A stretch of 51,228 nt of DNA from NCBI GenBank assembly GCA_964482715.1, contig CAYZYX010000008.1:1-51228 (forward strand). The letters are read 5' to 3'. Each line of letters starts with the position of its first letter. Positions within the stretch are counted from its first letter, which is position 1. The translations under genes were made by a program, and so were the position numbers. Below are positions 28,672 to 38,497 of this stretch, piece after piece. The notes beneath the pieces were generated by a model that saw only the letters and a list, made by a program, of their open reading frames with translations, did not search any database and was not told where the DNA came from. The stretch is from an uncultured Clostridia bacterium. GTDB taxonomy: Bacteria; Aerophobota; Aerophobia; Aerophobales; B3-G15.

Positions 28672-30588
28672 TTATAAGTTTATCTTTATCCCGGCTTTAA
28701 TGGTTCTGCCAGGCATTGGATAACCCTTTATATCCTCATACTCTTCATCAAGTAGATTATCAGCCTTGAAAAAGAATTCGATCTTTTTGCCTACTACATA
28801 TCTCAGTCTGGCACCAAGGAGGGTATAGGAGGGAAGTTTTTCTGTGTTCTCCCGATCGGCAAATCTTTCTCCCACCATCTGACTTTCAAGAAACAGGCGA
28901 AGTTTAGACGTTATCATCCAGTCCAGACCCAAAAAGAACTTATCTCGGGATCTGTAGGGTAAAAGTTTACCAGGATATTCCTTCTCGTCTTTAGCCTCAA
29001 GGTATGTATAATTAAAAGATAACTGAAGTTTTTTTAGAGGTTTAAATTTAACCTCTCCCTCCAGACCTTTGATGGACGCTTTGTCTACATTTTGGGCCTC
29101 CCATCTCCAGGGCTGTGTTTCTATCCAGCTTATGAGATCATTAACCCGGGATGAAAAACAGGTTACCCTTGTGAGAATCTTTGGGGTAAGAAATGTTTCC
29201 ATGCCTATCTCGTATTGTGAGGAAACTTCGGGTTCTAACTCAGGATTTCCGAAAAGTCCCATACCCCATCCCCAATCTTCCTGCCAGTAAAGATCATTCA
29301 CACTTGGGGAACGAAAAGCGGTACCCCAGGACATCTTGAAAGATGTTAATTTTCCAAAACGATGAATAATTGATATACGGGGGTTAACCCGACAGCCATA
29401 GACAGAATGTTGGTCATATCTTGCTCCCAGAAAAAGCAAAGTCCTGGGAGAAATTTCCACCTCATCCTGAAGAAATAAAGCACCGGAACTGACCTGCCTT
29501 TTTCCTCCGATTCTGGATGTCCCATCTGCAGTCCGCACATCAACCTGATCTTCATTCCAGTCAATTCCCCAGATAAAATTGTGTTTTGAAGTAGAAAAAT
29601 TGTGTTGAAAAACTGCACCCTGTCTTTCATTTCTCGTTGTGTCCTTTTGATTCCAGTCTGGATTCTGATATAGGGTCTCATCCTGGCTGCAAAAAAAGTT
29701 AAGAGAAAAATCAGATTTTCCTCTTGTCCAATTACATTTAAGGTTAAGCCAGTTTCTCTCATCCTTTTCTGTAGCTCGAGGAGAGGGAAAATCCTCTGAC
29801 CCCGGAATTCCCTTTTTCTCCTGAGAGTATCCTCCTGAAAAAGTAAAGGAGACAGAAGAAAGAGGGTAAATTACCTCGCCGCTTAAGTAAGAAGACTTTT
29901 TCCAGTTATTTTCTCTATCTCCGCCAAAATCAAACCCTCTGATGGTAAAAAAGTAACCGGTTTTTCCTGATTTTGAACCATGAGACAGAGTGTAAGAGTT
30001 CATGTCGTAGCTTCCAAAAGAGAGTTTAGCCTCTGTTTTGCTGGCATCGGGTGGATTCTTGGTTACTATATTTACCACTCCACCCAGTGCCCCTGACCCG
30101 TAAAGAGCAGAGAAAGGACCTCTTGCTATTTCAATCCTCTCAACATCATCCAGAGGATACCCACTGAGATCAACTGACCCGGTAGAGGCAAGATTAACCG
30201 GACGGCCATCGATCATTACCAGAACCTGATTTGCTGAACTTCCTCTCACACTTAGAGTAGACATTCCACTAAAGCCGTAGCTTCTTACCTCTACACCGGC
30301 AATTTTTTGCAGCAATTCACTCACATTGTTCGCTTCAGAATCTCTTATTTCTTCCTGACTAATTACGGTAACAGAACCGGGGGCATCTTTCAAAAGTACA
30401 GGGAACCTGGTAGCAGTAATTACTATCTTTCCCAGTTCAAATATTTCCGCATTTACAGGATAAAGATAAATCAGGAAGTATTCTGACAGAAGGAGACACA
30501 GTAAGGAAAATACAAATAACAGTTTTTTTCCTTGATTCTCAATTTTCTCTGACAATTTTCTTACTGGAGTTAAATTTCTGCTTTTCAT
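28672..30588 (-). CDS. btuB: TonB-dependent cobalamin receptor (BtuB-like)
   Basis: TonB box IVITATR, plug VLVMIDGRP, IEIARGPFSALYGSGALGGVVNIVT, C-terminal GYPMPGRT; lies in B12-riboswitch operon. Confidence 0.85.
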   Translation of the reverse strand: MKSRNLTPVRKLSEKIENQGKKLLFVFSLLCLLLSEYFLIYLYPVNAEIFELGKIVITATRFPVLLKDAPGSVTVISQEEIRDSEANNVSELLQKIAGVEVRSYGFSGMSTLSVRGSSANQVLVMIDGRPVNLASTGSVDLSGYPLDDVERIEIARGPFSALYGSGALGGVVNIVTKNPPDASKTEAKLSFGSYDMNSYTLSHGSKSGKTGYFFTIRGFDFGGDRENNWKKSSYLSGEVIYPLSSVSFTFSGGYSQEKKGIPGSEDFPSPRATEKDERNWLNLKCNWTRGKSDFSLNFFCSQDETLYQNPDWNQKDTTRNERQGAVFQHNFSTSKHNFIWGIDWNEDQVDVRTADGTSRIGGKRQVSSGALFLQDEVEISPRTLLFLGARYDQHSVYGCRVNPRISIIHRFGKLTSFKMSWGTAFRSPSVNDLYWQEDWGWGMGLFGNPELEPEVSSQYEIGMETFLTPKILTRVTCFSSRVNDLISWIETQPWRWEAQNVDKASIKGLEGEVKFKPLKKLQLSFNYTYLEAKDEKEYPGKLLPYRSRDKFFLGLDWMITSKLRLFLESQMVGERFADRENTEKLPSYTLLGARLRYVVGKKIEFFFKADNLLDEEYEDIKGYPMPGRTIKAGIKINL

Positions 30589-31870
30589 CTTTACCTCCTG
30601 GAGAGAGACATTTTTCTAAAAGAGAAATTATTTCTTCTTCCCTTTCCCCCACCATTACTCTCTCCCGGAGTAAATTTTCAAAAATTTTTTTAGCTTCCCC
30701 CCTGGTATAATCTCTCTTTTCTATAGGTGTGCCGTTATGAACAATAACTTCTGCTCCACACTCCTTAACCGCCCAGAGAGCAGCTTTTAGATTAAGAAGA
30801 TTCCCATTACCAAAAGGAACATTACATAAAATCACCACTTGAGAGTTAGAAATCAAATCCATATTTCTGGAGTGTGACTCAAGGGTAATAGGTGAAAAAG
30901 GGGCTTCAGCCACACAGGCAATTCCAAAAGCCTCAGCCATCTCAAAATCGGCGTCAAAAACATTCACCACTCCTATGCTTACCTCATAACCAAGTTCAAC
31001 CAGTTCTTTTATCAATCTACTTGCACTTCCTCCCCCTCCAATAAGATGAACCCTTCCTCTTTTTGCCTTTTTCCTTTCTTCGCAGATAGACCTTTCAGAG
31101 GTTGCGACCGGAAGAACATAAACAGATCCGGTTAAGGGATGCTTTTTTACCAGTGCATTCAAGTGATAGACACTTCTTATGTTTTTTTCCGTCAAAACTT
31201 CTTCCACAGCTCCTTTGGCAAAAACTTTACCTTCCTTTAAAAGGAGCAATTTATTACAGTAACGAGCGGCAAGGTTTAGATTGTGAGATACCAGAATCAC
31301 GGTTTTGTTTCCTTCTCTATTTAACCCGGATATAAGGGTCATTATCTCAAGTTCCTGGTTTAAATCAAGATGTGCCGTTGGTTCATCCAGAAGTAAAAGA
31401 GGAGTATCTTGAGCCAGAGTTCTTGCTATTACCACCCTTTGCAACTCGCCCCCGCTTAGTTCCGTAACCTTCCTTTTCCTGAGCTCCCAAGTTTGAGTTA
31501 ACCTCATACACTCTTCAACTTTCTCCAGATCTTCCTTTTTCTCTCGCTCAAACCTGCCCAGATAGGGATTTCTACCCATCAAAACGACTTCAAAAACAGT
31601 ATAGGGAAAACTAATAAAGGTATTCTGAGGGACCATAGCTACCTTTTGTGCCAGCTGATGACGACTCATCTCCTTAATGTTTTTTCCTTCAATCCATATG
31701 TTTCCATCTTTCACCTTCAGGATTCCGGTCAGCGTTCTAAGTAACGTGGTCTTCCCTGCTCCATTGGGACCCACTATACCCAGAAAGTCTCCGGATTGTA
31801 GGGAAAAAGTTACGTTTTCCAGAACTTTCTTCCCATTCAGTTCACAGTGAAGGTCAATTACTTTAAGCAA
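30539..31870 (-). CDS. btuD: cobalamin ABC transporter ATPase with C-terminal extension
   Basis: GPNGAGKTT, VLMGRNPY, LSGGELQR, LLDEPTAHLD, plus an extra domain RVHLIGGGGS. Confidence 0.82.
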   Translation of the reverse strand: MLKVIDLHCELNGKKVLENVTFSLQSGDFLGIVGPNGAGKTTLLRTLTGILKVKDGNIWIEGKNIKEMSRHQLAQKVAMVPQNTFISFPYTVFEVVLMGRNPYLGRFEREKKEDLEKVEECMRLTQTWELRKRKVTELSGGELQRVVIARTLAQDTPLLLLDEPTAHLDLNQELEIMTLISGLNREGNKTVILVSHNLNLAARYCNKLLLLKEGKVFAKGAVEEVLTEKNIRSVYHLNALVKKHPLTGSVYVLPVATSERSICEERKKAKRGRVHLIGGGGSASRLIKELVELGYEVSIGVVNVFDADFEMAEAFGIACVAEAPFSPITLESHSRNMDLISNSQVVILCNVPFGNGNLLNLKAALWAVKECGAEVIVHNGTPIEKRDYTRGEAKKIFENLLRERVMVGEREEEIISLLEKCLSPGGKDEKQKFNSSKKIVREN

Positions 31871-31872
31871 AG

Positions 31873-32886
31873 CTAACCCCTTTTAGCTTTGATTAAAAGA
31901 TAGATAAAGAAAGGTGCACCAAAACAAGAAGTTATCACCCCCACTGGAAGTTCGACAGGAGCAATTACCGTACGAGCCAGAGTATCACACCAGACCAGAA
32001 ATATACCCCCCGCAAAAGCAGTTACAGGTATGAGTAATCTGTGATCAGGCCCAACCAGCATCCTGGTAATATGAGGGACAATCAATCCCACAAATCCTAT
32101 TATACCACTAACCGAAACCACAGAGGCAGTAACCAGGGAGGCTAAAACAAGAAGAATCCTTTTTGTCTTTTCCACTTCCACTCCCAGATGAGAGGCAGAT
32201 TCTTCCCCCAGTTGTAAGATATTCAGATCTCGAGCAAAAAAGAAAGTAGCCGGCAAACCAAAACCGACAAAAGGAACTACCATTAAAAGATCCTTCCAAC
32301 CCCTGTTCCACAATCCTCCCATGATCCAGAATATGACACGATGTAAACTCTCTGCTGCTGTATACATTAAAAGAGAGGTAACAGCTGAAAAAAAGAAACC
32401 AACTGCTATTCCAGCAAGAAGCAGACTCTCCACAGCTACTTTACCTCTTTTCCAGGAAATCCTGTAAACCAGAAGAATAGTTCCTGCTCCAAAGACAAAG
32501 GCAAGTAAAGGAACAGAGAAAAACGCAGGAAAAATAAGCAAGGCTACCGTTGCTCCTAATGATGAGCCAGAGGAAACCCCTGTAATGTAGGGACTGGCCA
32601 TGGGGTTTCTGAAAAGTCCCTGCATAATACATCCCGCTGTTGCCAGTCCTGTCCCCACCAGCATAGCCAGAAGAATGCGGGGAAGTCTCAAATTAAAGAG
32701 GATGGTAAGATATCTTCCCGAAACTTTTTCTCCTGTTAGCCTTTGTAAAAAGGGGATTTGTCCGGCTATGGCCTTCCAGGTCACAGAAAAAGGAATGGCA
32801 ACTGAGCCAACGGATAAACTCATAACTATGGTTAAAAGAGTGACCATAAACAAAATTCCCGTGATCATTGCCGATTTTTGATGCAT
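31873..32886 (-). CDS. btuC: cobalamin ABC transporter permease (FecCD/BtuC)
   Basis: LRLPRI, QGLFRNPMASP, IGFVGLIVPH, ELPVGVIT..GAPFF. Confidence 0.87.
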   Translation of the reverse strand: MHQKSAMITGILFMVTLLTIVMSLSVGSVAIPFSVTWKAIAGQIPFLQRLTGEKVSGRYLTILFNLRLPRILLAMLVGTGLATAGCIMQGLFRNPMASPYITGVSSGSSLGATVALLIFPAFFSVPLLAFVFGAGTILLVYRISWKRGKVAVESLLLAGIAVGFFFSAVTSLLMYTAAESLHRVIFWIMGGLWNRGWKDLLMVVPFVGFGLPATFFFARDLNILQLGEESASHLGVEVEKTKRILLVLASLVTASVVSVSGIIGFVGLIVPHITRMLVGPDHRLLIPVTAFAGGIFLVWCDTLARTVIAPVELPVGVITSCFGAPFFIYLLIKAKRG

Positions 32887-32977
32887 CAGGTTCCCCTAAT
32901 TTCCGGAAAGCACCGGTTATCTTTGGAGACCTTCTTACCCAGGTTAAATTCTACCTTTTTCATAAAAAATGGACTCT

Positions 32978-33916
32978 TTAAAGATTTCTTGTCCAGCCAC
33001 ATACCCTGCAATGAAAACTGTCTTTTTTCAATCCTGCTCCACAACCGGGACACGACTTCTCCCCTTTGTCTGGCGAGGGTATAGAGCCTACTTTATCCAG
33101 ATAGATTTTGTAATAGTAAAAATGCTCCTTATTTATAAATTTCACCCGATGAATGTCTTTTGCCTTTTCAAACTCTGAATCTTTAACCCGGGAAGTTATA
33201 ATCTCTCTCAATCTGGTAGTGCCTGAGCCGTATTCCAGTGGTCTTTTTTTCTGCCAGACGATCTCATCAGGTAGTATACCCTCAAATGCCTTTCTCAGTA
33301 TCCATTTACCGGTATATTTTCCCTGATCCTTTTTTAATTTCAGCGAAACAGGAATTTGAAGGGAAAAATTCACAAAGTCCTTATCCATAAAAGGTTGTTT
33401 TATTTCAATATTAAGGGATCTGGCTAACTTATTAGAACTAAAATACATGGATTTATTCAGTCTCTCAATGTAACTCTCAAGAAAAGGTATATTCTGCATG
33501 TAGGTGTATCCGACAAACAGTTCGTCACTTCCATCGCCGGTCATAACAGTCTTTATCCCTATTTTTTTTGCCATCTTTAATCCAAAATAAACAGTAATGT
33601 CGTTTGGAATTGCCGGATCAAAACTTTCAAGAATCTGGATAACCTCGGGAATAGCTTCAATTGCTTCCTCAGTATCTATTGTAACTTGATAATGTTTGAG
33701 ATTGAGGTATTTAGATAATATCTCTGCGTACTTTAAATCTTCTCCCCAAGAATGAACACTTACAGTAATAGCCTTTATCTCTGGACAAAGACAGGCCAGA
33801 ATACCTGAATCTAATCCTCCGGAAAAAAGAAGTCCCTCCGCTCGATTTCTCTCCACCGATTCTTTTAATCTTTCTCTTAGCCTGTTGATTGTTTCCTTTA
33901 GTGTTTGATTGGCCAT
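32978..33916 (-). CDS. asparagine-synthase C-terminal-domain protein (PP-loop, no glutaminase domain) with C-terminal zinc ribbon
   Basis: FSGGLDSG, TGDGSDELFVGY, QPFMD, GKWILRKAF, KKRPLEYGSG, CPGCG..CRVCG; only 312 aa. Confidence 0.85.
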   Translation of the reverse strand: MANQTLKETINRLRERLKESVERNRAEGLLFSGGLDSGILACLCPEIKAITVSVHSWGEDLKYAEILSKYLNLKHYQVTIDTEEAIEAIPEVIQILESFDPAIPNDITVYFGLKMAKKIGIKTVMTGDGSDELFVGYTYMQNIPFLESYIERLNKSMYFSSNKLARSLNIEIKQPFMDKDFVNFSLQIPVSLKLKKDQGKYTGKWILRKAFEGILPDEIVWQKKRPLEYGSGTTRLREIITSRVKDSEFEKAKDIHRVKFINKEHFYYYKIYLDKVGSIPSPDKGEKSCPGCGAGLKKDSFHCRVCGWTRNL

Positions 33917-33934
33917 AACTTTAACCTCTTACTG

Positions 33935-34840
33935 CTAATAATCAAAAGAAGTTATTTTCACTATCGGACCTCTCTCCCAGAGAGCCGTAAGGTAAAACCT
34001 AACATTATAGCCCCATAACTTTTTTATCTCATCCTGTAGTCTGGCAACCCGAGAAAAATCAGGAGGAAGAAGAATTCCTATCACCCTTCCTTCATGGGCT
34101 ACATTCACTCCTAAAGCTCCCATTCTTCTGGACAGGGAAACAATTTTAAAAAGATCGGGCTTGTAAGAGATTATCTGATTACAAAGAGCAGAAAGAGTTG
34201 CTCCGGTCCCAATGAGTTCAGGATTTTGTTGTCTTATACCTTCTTTAACTAAAATATAAGCCTCTTCTACAAGCTCTGTGTTGACCTGATATAAGATCTT
34301 AGCGGTTTTGTTCTGATTGAAGGAAAAATTACCCGGGCATTCTTCAGGATCCACAATTAAAATTTTAATAGGAGGAGGAAAGCCCAATTTTTCGATTAAA
34401 ATACCTCGTACATGGTCAAAACATACAATACCTTTATACATTATTCCTTCAGTAAATTCAATTGTGGAAGCTATTTGAGCAATTTGGTCGTGCGTTATTG
34501 GTTTTTTCAAAAGAGCCGCTACGGCTAAGCAGCTTGCTGTAATGTCAGCTGTACTGCTGGCCATTCCTTTTGAATCAGGTATCTCTGATTTAAAATCAAG
34601 GTTTATAGCCCTTTTCTTTTCACCGTTATTTAGCAAGTTGAAAGTCTTGTTTGCTGCTTCCTGTGCCCTTGGCTTTGGAGGGAAGCAATTTATCTTCTGG
34701 TTTAAATAGTTTAAGCTGGAAAAAGATGCTGTGACTTTAGAAAAAAGTCTAACCGGGCAGGTAATATGAAAATTGATTCCCTTTATCTGCCCCTGGACCA
34801 GTTCTCCGCAGGCCCCTGGCGTTTCTACAGTTACTTTCAT
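33935..34840 (-). CDS. pduX: GHMP kinase, PduX-like L-threonine kinase
   Basis: PGACGELVQG, IPDSKGMASSTADI, GATLSA, GVNVAH; B12 context. Confidence 0.8.
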   Translation of the reverse strand: MKVTVETPGACGELVQGQIKGINFHITCPVRLFSKVTASFSSLNYLNQKINCFPPKPRAQEAANKTFNLLNNGEKKRAINLDFKSEIPDSKGMASSTADITASCLAVAALLKKPITHDQIAQIASTIEFTEGIMYKGIVCFDHVRGILIEKLGFPPPIKILIVDPEECPGNFSFNQNKTAKILYQVNTELVEEAYILVKEGIRQQNPELIGTGATLSALCNQIISYKPDLFKIVSLSRRMGALGVNVAHEGRVIGILLPPDFSRVARLQDEIKKLWGYNVRFYLTALWERGPIVKITSFDY

Positions 34841-35901
34841 CTGGTCTTTTCCCTGGATACTCCTGCATTCTCAAAGGTGGCCATCTCTCGTAGAATTTTC
34901 GCACTTGCCTCTATAATGGAAATGGCAAGGGCTGCCCCTGTTCCCTCGCCAAGCCTCATGTTTAAATCCAGCAGAGGAGAAAGATCTAAATAATCCAGAG
35001 CTAAAATATGTCCCTTTTCAGCGGAAAGATGAGAAGCAAAAACATACTCTACCACATGAGGACAAAGCTGTCTGGCTATTAAAGCACCGGCAGTGGAGAT
35101 AAATCCATCTATTACTGCAGGCACTTTGGAAGCAGCAGCTGCCAGAATACACCCGGCAATTCCCCCTATCTCATATCCTCCTATTTTAGCCAGAACATCA
35201 ACAGGGTCTTCAGGATCGGGATGGTGAAAGTTTAGGGCTTCCCGAATTATCTTTACCTTTTTTTGCCAGATCTTACCATTTACACCCGTTCCTCTGCCCG
35301 TAACTTCTTGAGGATCTCTTCCAGTTATAGCTGCCAGAATAGCACTGCTTGGTGTCGTATTGGCAATACCCATATCTCCCATCCCAACTATATCAATTGG
35401 AACTTTTTTGTATTCTTCTTCAAAAACTTCCATACCAGCCTCTATGGATTGGATAGCTTGCTCTCTACTCATGGCCTCTTCTTTTAAAAAATTCCTGGTC
35501 CCCTTCCCTATTTTCTTGATTTTAATACCAGAAGAAGGGTCAATATCTCTTATGACACCCATATCCACTACAATTACCTCAGCTCCCACATGTTTTGCCA
35601 GAACATTAATTCCTGCACCTCCCCTTAAGAAATTACAAACCATCTGATAGGTGACCTCCTGTGGATAGGTAGATACTCCTTCTTTGGCAATTCCATGATC
35701 ACCAGCAAATACAAAAATAACCTTTCTCTTCAAACAGGGATTCAGTTTTCCTTTGATAGCCGCTATTCTTTTTGCCACCTCTTCCATTTTTCCCAGGCTT
35801 CCTCTGGGTTTGGTCAAATTGTCAAGTCTTTCCTGGGCTTTAATGAATACTTCTCCTGGCAAAGGCGAAATTTTATCTATCACATCTTTTATTCTGGTCA
35901 T
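34837..35901 (-). CDS. cobT: nicotinate-nucleotide:dimethylbenzimidazole phosphoribosyltransferase
   Basis: LTKPRGSLG, FAGDHG, GDMGIANTT, GRGTG, IDGFI, MRLGEGTGA, MATF. Confidence 0.96.
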   Translation of the reverse strand: MTRIKDVIDKISPLPGEVFIKAQERLDNLTKPRGSLGKMEEVAKRIAAIKGKLNPCLKRKVIFVFAGDHGIAKEGVSTYPQEVTYQMVCNFLRGGAGINVLAKHVGAEVIVVDMGVIRDIDPSSGIKIKKIGKGTRNFLKEEAMSREQAIQSIEAGMEVFEEEYKKVPIDIVGMGDMGIANTTPSSAILAAITGRDPQEVTGRGTGVNGKIWQKKVKIIREALNFHHPDPEDPVDVLAKIGGYEIGGIAGCILAAAASKVPAVIDGFISTAGALIARQLCPHVVEYVFASHLSAEKGHILALDYLDLSPLLDLNMRLGEGTGAALAISIIEASAKILREMATFENAGVSREKTR

Positions 35902-36823
35902 TTTTAGTTCCCTCCTTCCAAAAATCTGTGATATATTCGTCTATTCTTTCCAATCCTTCAACTATCCTTGGCCCGGGAAGTTCAAGAAGATCCTGTTCTA
36001 TCACGTATATTTGACCTTCCTTGATAACTTGCATTTTTTTGAATTCAGGATCGCCTTTCATCTTTTCTAGGAGAAGCTCTCCAGTTGTTCCCATCTGGGA
36101 GCATACAATTATATCAGGATCTCTCATTAGAACAGTTTCCTTGCTTATAACCTTCCACCCTTGAAGGTCAAAAGCCACATTCCTTCCTCCAGCAATTTTA
36201 ACTAACTCATCAAAAAAAGTGCCAGTTCCTGCTGTCCATAGCTCAGGATACCACATAATCCACAGGATCCATGGCCTTTTTTCTTGAGGTATTTTCCTAC
36301 TTTTCTCCTCGACCACTTTTATTCTCTTCCTTAAATTTAACACCAGCCCCTCTGCCTTATCCTCAAAACCAGTAGCCTGCCCCACCATAACTATATCCTT
36401 CAGAACATCTTCTAAAGACCTTGGATAAAGAGACACTACAGCAATTCCCAGCTCGCGCAATTTTTCAATATTTTCCTCTCCATTACCGTAAGCGGCAAAG
36501 ACAAGATCAGGATTCTTTGCTACGATGGTTTCAATATCAGGGGTAGTATATCCTCCAATCTTGTCTATTTCTTTTGCCTCTGGAGGAAAATCACAGTAGG
36601 TAGTGACTCCCACCAGTTTACTGCCTGCTCCTATGGCAAAAAGAATCTCGGTATTTGCCGGGGCCAGAGACACAATTCTCTCCGGTTTCTTACTGATTAT
36701 CACCTTTTGACCAAAATCATCTATAATCTGGCGAGGAAAACCAGCATCCCCCTCTGCGGTAAATAAAAACAGTAAAAATACCCCCAGTAGAAACAGTAAA
36801 ATGTGTCCTGCTTTTTTAATCAT
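35873..36823 (-). CDS. btuF: cobalamin-binding periplasmic protein
   Basis: RIVSLAPANTEILFAIG, VGVTTYCDFP, PGPRIVEG. Start ATG at 36823 after GAGGAGGTG; the ORF-track extension runs through the terminator. Confidence 0.88.
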   Translation of the reverse strand: MIKKAGHILLFLLGVFLLFLFTAEGDAGFPRQIIDDFGQKVIISKKPERIVSLAPANTEILFAIGAGSKLVGVTTYCDFPPEAKEIDKIGGYTTPDIETIVAKNPDLVFAAYGNGEENIEKLRELGIAVVSLYPRSLEDVLKDIVMVGQATGFEDKAEGLVLNLRKRIKVVEEKSRKIPQEKRPWILWIMWYPELWTAGTGTFFDELVKIAGGRNVAFDLQGWKVISKETVLMRDPDIIVCSQMGTTGELLLEKMKGDPEFKKMQVIKEGQIYVIEQDLLELPGPRIVEGLERIDEYITDFWKEGTKNDQNKRCDR

Positions 36824-36843
36824 TTTCACCTCCTCAACCTGAT

Positions 36844-36887
36844 AAAAAAAACCCTGACCTCCTCCTTTTGGGAAGGTCAGGGTTTTT
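36844..36887 (-). terminator. riboswitch expression-platform terminator
   Basis: Minus strand AAAAACCCTGACCT..AGGTCAGGGTTTTTTTT immediately before the btuF RBS. Confidence 0.85.
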
Positions 36888-36940
36888 ATTTCCAAACAAA
36901 AACCCGCACCTTCTCATCTCGCGAAGAAGGAGGGGGTACT

Positions 36941-37160
36941 TTTCCTGCGGGCAGGTATTCTGGCTTCCGGCAAACCTCCAAAATGGAGGTCTTCCTACTT
37001 TCCACCCCTTCCCGCAATAGTCAGCTTTCACCGACTACTGCAGTGGTTTTTTGTTCGCCTGATTTAAGCGAACAGGTGGATTTCGTTCCGGTCACAGCGG
37101 CGCGACCGCGAGGGACTTTCACCCTCTTCCCTTTTAACCCTTAAAGGGTCCCGCAAGAAA
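36941..37160 (-). ncRNA. cobalamin (AdoCbl) riboswitch
   Basis: Minus strand P1 TTCTTGCGGG..CCCGCAGGAA; TTAAAAGGGAAGAGGGTGAAAGTCCCTCGCGGTCGCGCCGCTGTGA; CCACTG..GGGAAGG; B12 box AGCCAGAATACCTGC. Upstream of btuF-cobT. Confidence 0.95.
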
Positions 37161-37216
37161 GCACCTTCACCTAAAAAGATCACCTGTGAAAGATGTGGCA
37201 GTCCAAACTAACTTAA

Positions 37217-37244
37217 AAAATATATCAATTAAAAAATTTGTCAA
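37217..37244 (-). promoter_or_regulatory. promoter of B12 operon
   Basis: TTGACA-16-TATTTT about 55 nt before the riboswitch. Confidence 0.6.
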
Positions 37245-37320
37245 GCAACTTCAAAAATCCTGATTATTTAAATTAAAATTTTGCAAATTAAGCTAAAGCC
37301 TGTTTTTCAGGGACCGATAA

Positions 37321-37348
37321 TTTACAAAAATAATATAATTTCTATAAT
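37321..37348 (+). promoter_or_regulatory. promoter of glycosyltransferase-like gene
   Basis: TTTACA-16-TATAAT; AGGAGG RBS downstream. Confidence 0.6.
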
Positions 37349-37390
37349 AGAAAGCCGCTTCAATCAGGCACAAAAAAGGAGGGGTGAATA

Positions 37391-38424
37391 ATGAAGATAG
37401 GTATGATGAGTGCCTGGAATACCGACTCCGGGGTAGCTGTTCATGTTGAACCCCTGGCTAAAGTCTGGATCAAACTGGGACATAAAGTGACTATTTTCAG
37501 CTTTGTAAGAGAGGACTTTCACGGGGAAGGATTTACTGGAGAAGATGAAGAGTTTGTGATAAGATGCTTTGGGACAGATTTCCAGACAAAATATCTCGAT
37601 CCAAGACCTTTCTTAACCACTGATTATGAAATTTTTGCTGTGCAGGATGTGGGGGTTTTGCCAAGAGATAACCTGGCTAAAATTTTTGGTTTAATCAAGA
37701 AGAAGGCAAAAACTGTCCATGTGGTTCATGAAAATAGTCTCTCTGAGGACCTGGCTTTTTATCAGTTTTGATTGGGACGCTGTTGTTTATTTTGACGAAC
37801 GGCAGGATTTTTTAAAGAAAGTTTACCCTGATGCCCACTACATACCTTTTCCATGCTTTCCACTCAGACAGGGTGACAGAATAAAAGCAAGAAAAACTGG
37901 AACTCCCTTTAGATAAAAAGATAATCCTCTTTTTCTGTCAGAGAGGTTATTCTCTTTATCTTCCAGAAAGAAACAGAGAACTAAAAGACATTGTATTTCT
38001 TATAGTTGATCCAAAAAGATTGGACGTTCTGGAAAAATTTTCACCTGATCCAAATACGATAATAAGAGAAGAGGAGGTTCCAACCAAAGAAAGATTTGAT
38101 CTATATCTTTTTGCCTCTGATGCAGTAGTGCTGCATAAATTTCAAAGCAGGTTCAGGGCAGTCGTATCAAGTACAGTCTATCAAATCATGGACACTGGGT
38201 GCCCTATTCTTGTTCCTAAAGCCTCGGACTTTTTTTATCCTTTTTCCCGTGAAGTCTTAAAGTACAGTGACACCATTGAATTAAGGAAGAACTTAATCGA
38301 TATTCTCAATAACGGAGAAAAAAGTAAAGAGGTAAAAAAAGCAGTCTCCAGTTATGTGGAAAGATACTCTGATGAAACTATTGCCAGAAAATATCTGGAA
38401 CTTTTTGAAAAAATAAAATATTGA
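37391..38424 (+). pseudogene. GT-B (GT4-like) glycosyltransferase with two frameshifts
   Basis: Three consecutive frames join at TTTT 37766-37769 and AAAAA 37892-37896. MKIGMMS..SGVAVH..GHKVTIFS; LFASDAVVL..VSSTVYQIMDTGCPILV; YSDETIARKYLELF. Confidence 0.75.
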
Positions 38425-38448
38425 CAAATGTTAACAATATGCTAAATT
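38421..38448 (+). promoter_or_regulatory. promoter of liv-type operon
   Basis: TTGACA-16-TAAATT with TGn extension. Confidence 0.6.
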
Positions 38449-38497
38449 AAGTACACCTTTGAGAAAAAGAATAGCAAAAACAAGAGGAGGAAAGAAA

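Noticed and set aside
30539-31110. BtuD C-terminal extension as a CbiZ fusion or novel domain
   Set aside because: It resembles the extension of long YvrA-type cobalamin ABC ATPases (recalled, not searched); no CbiZ motifs were recognised.
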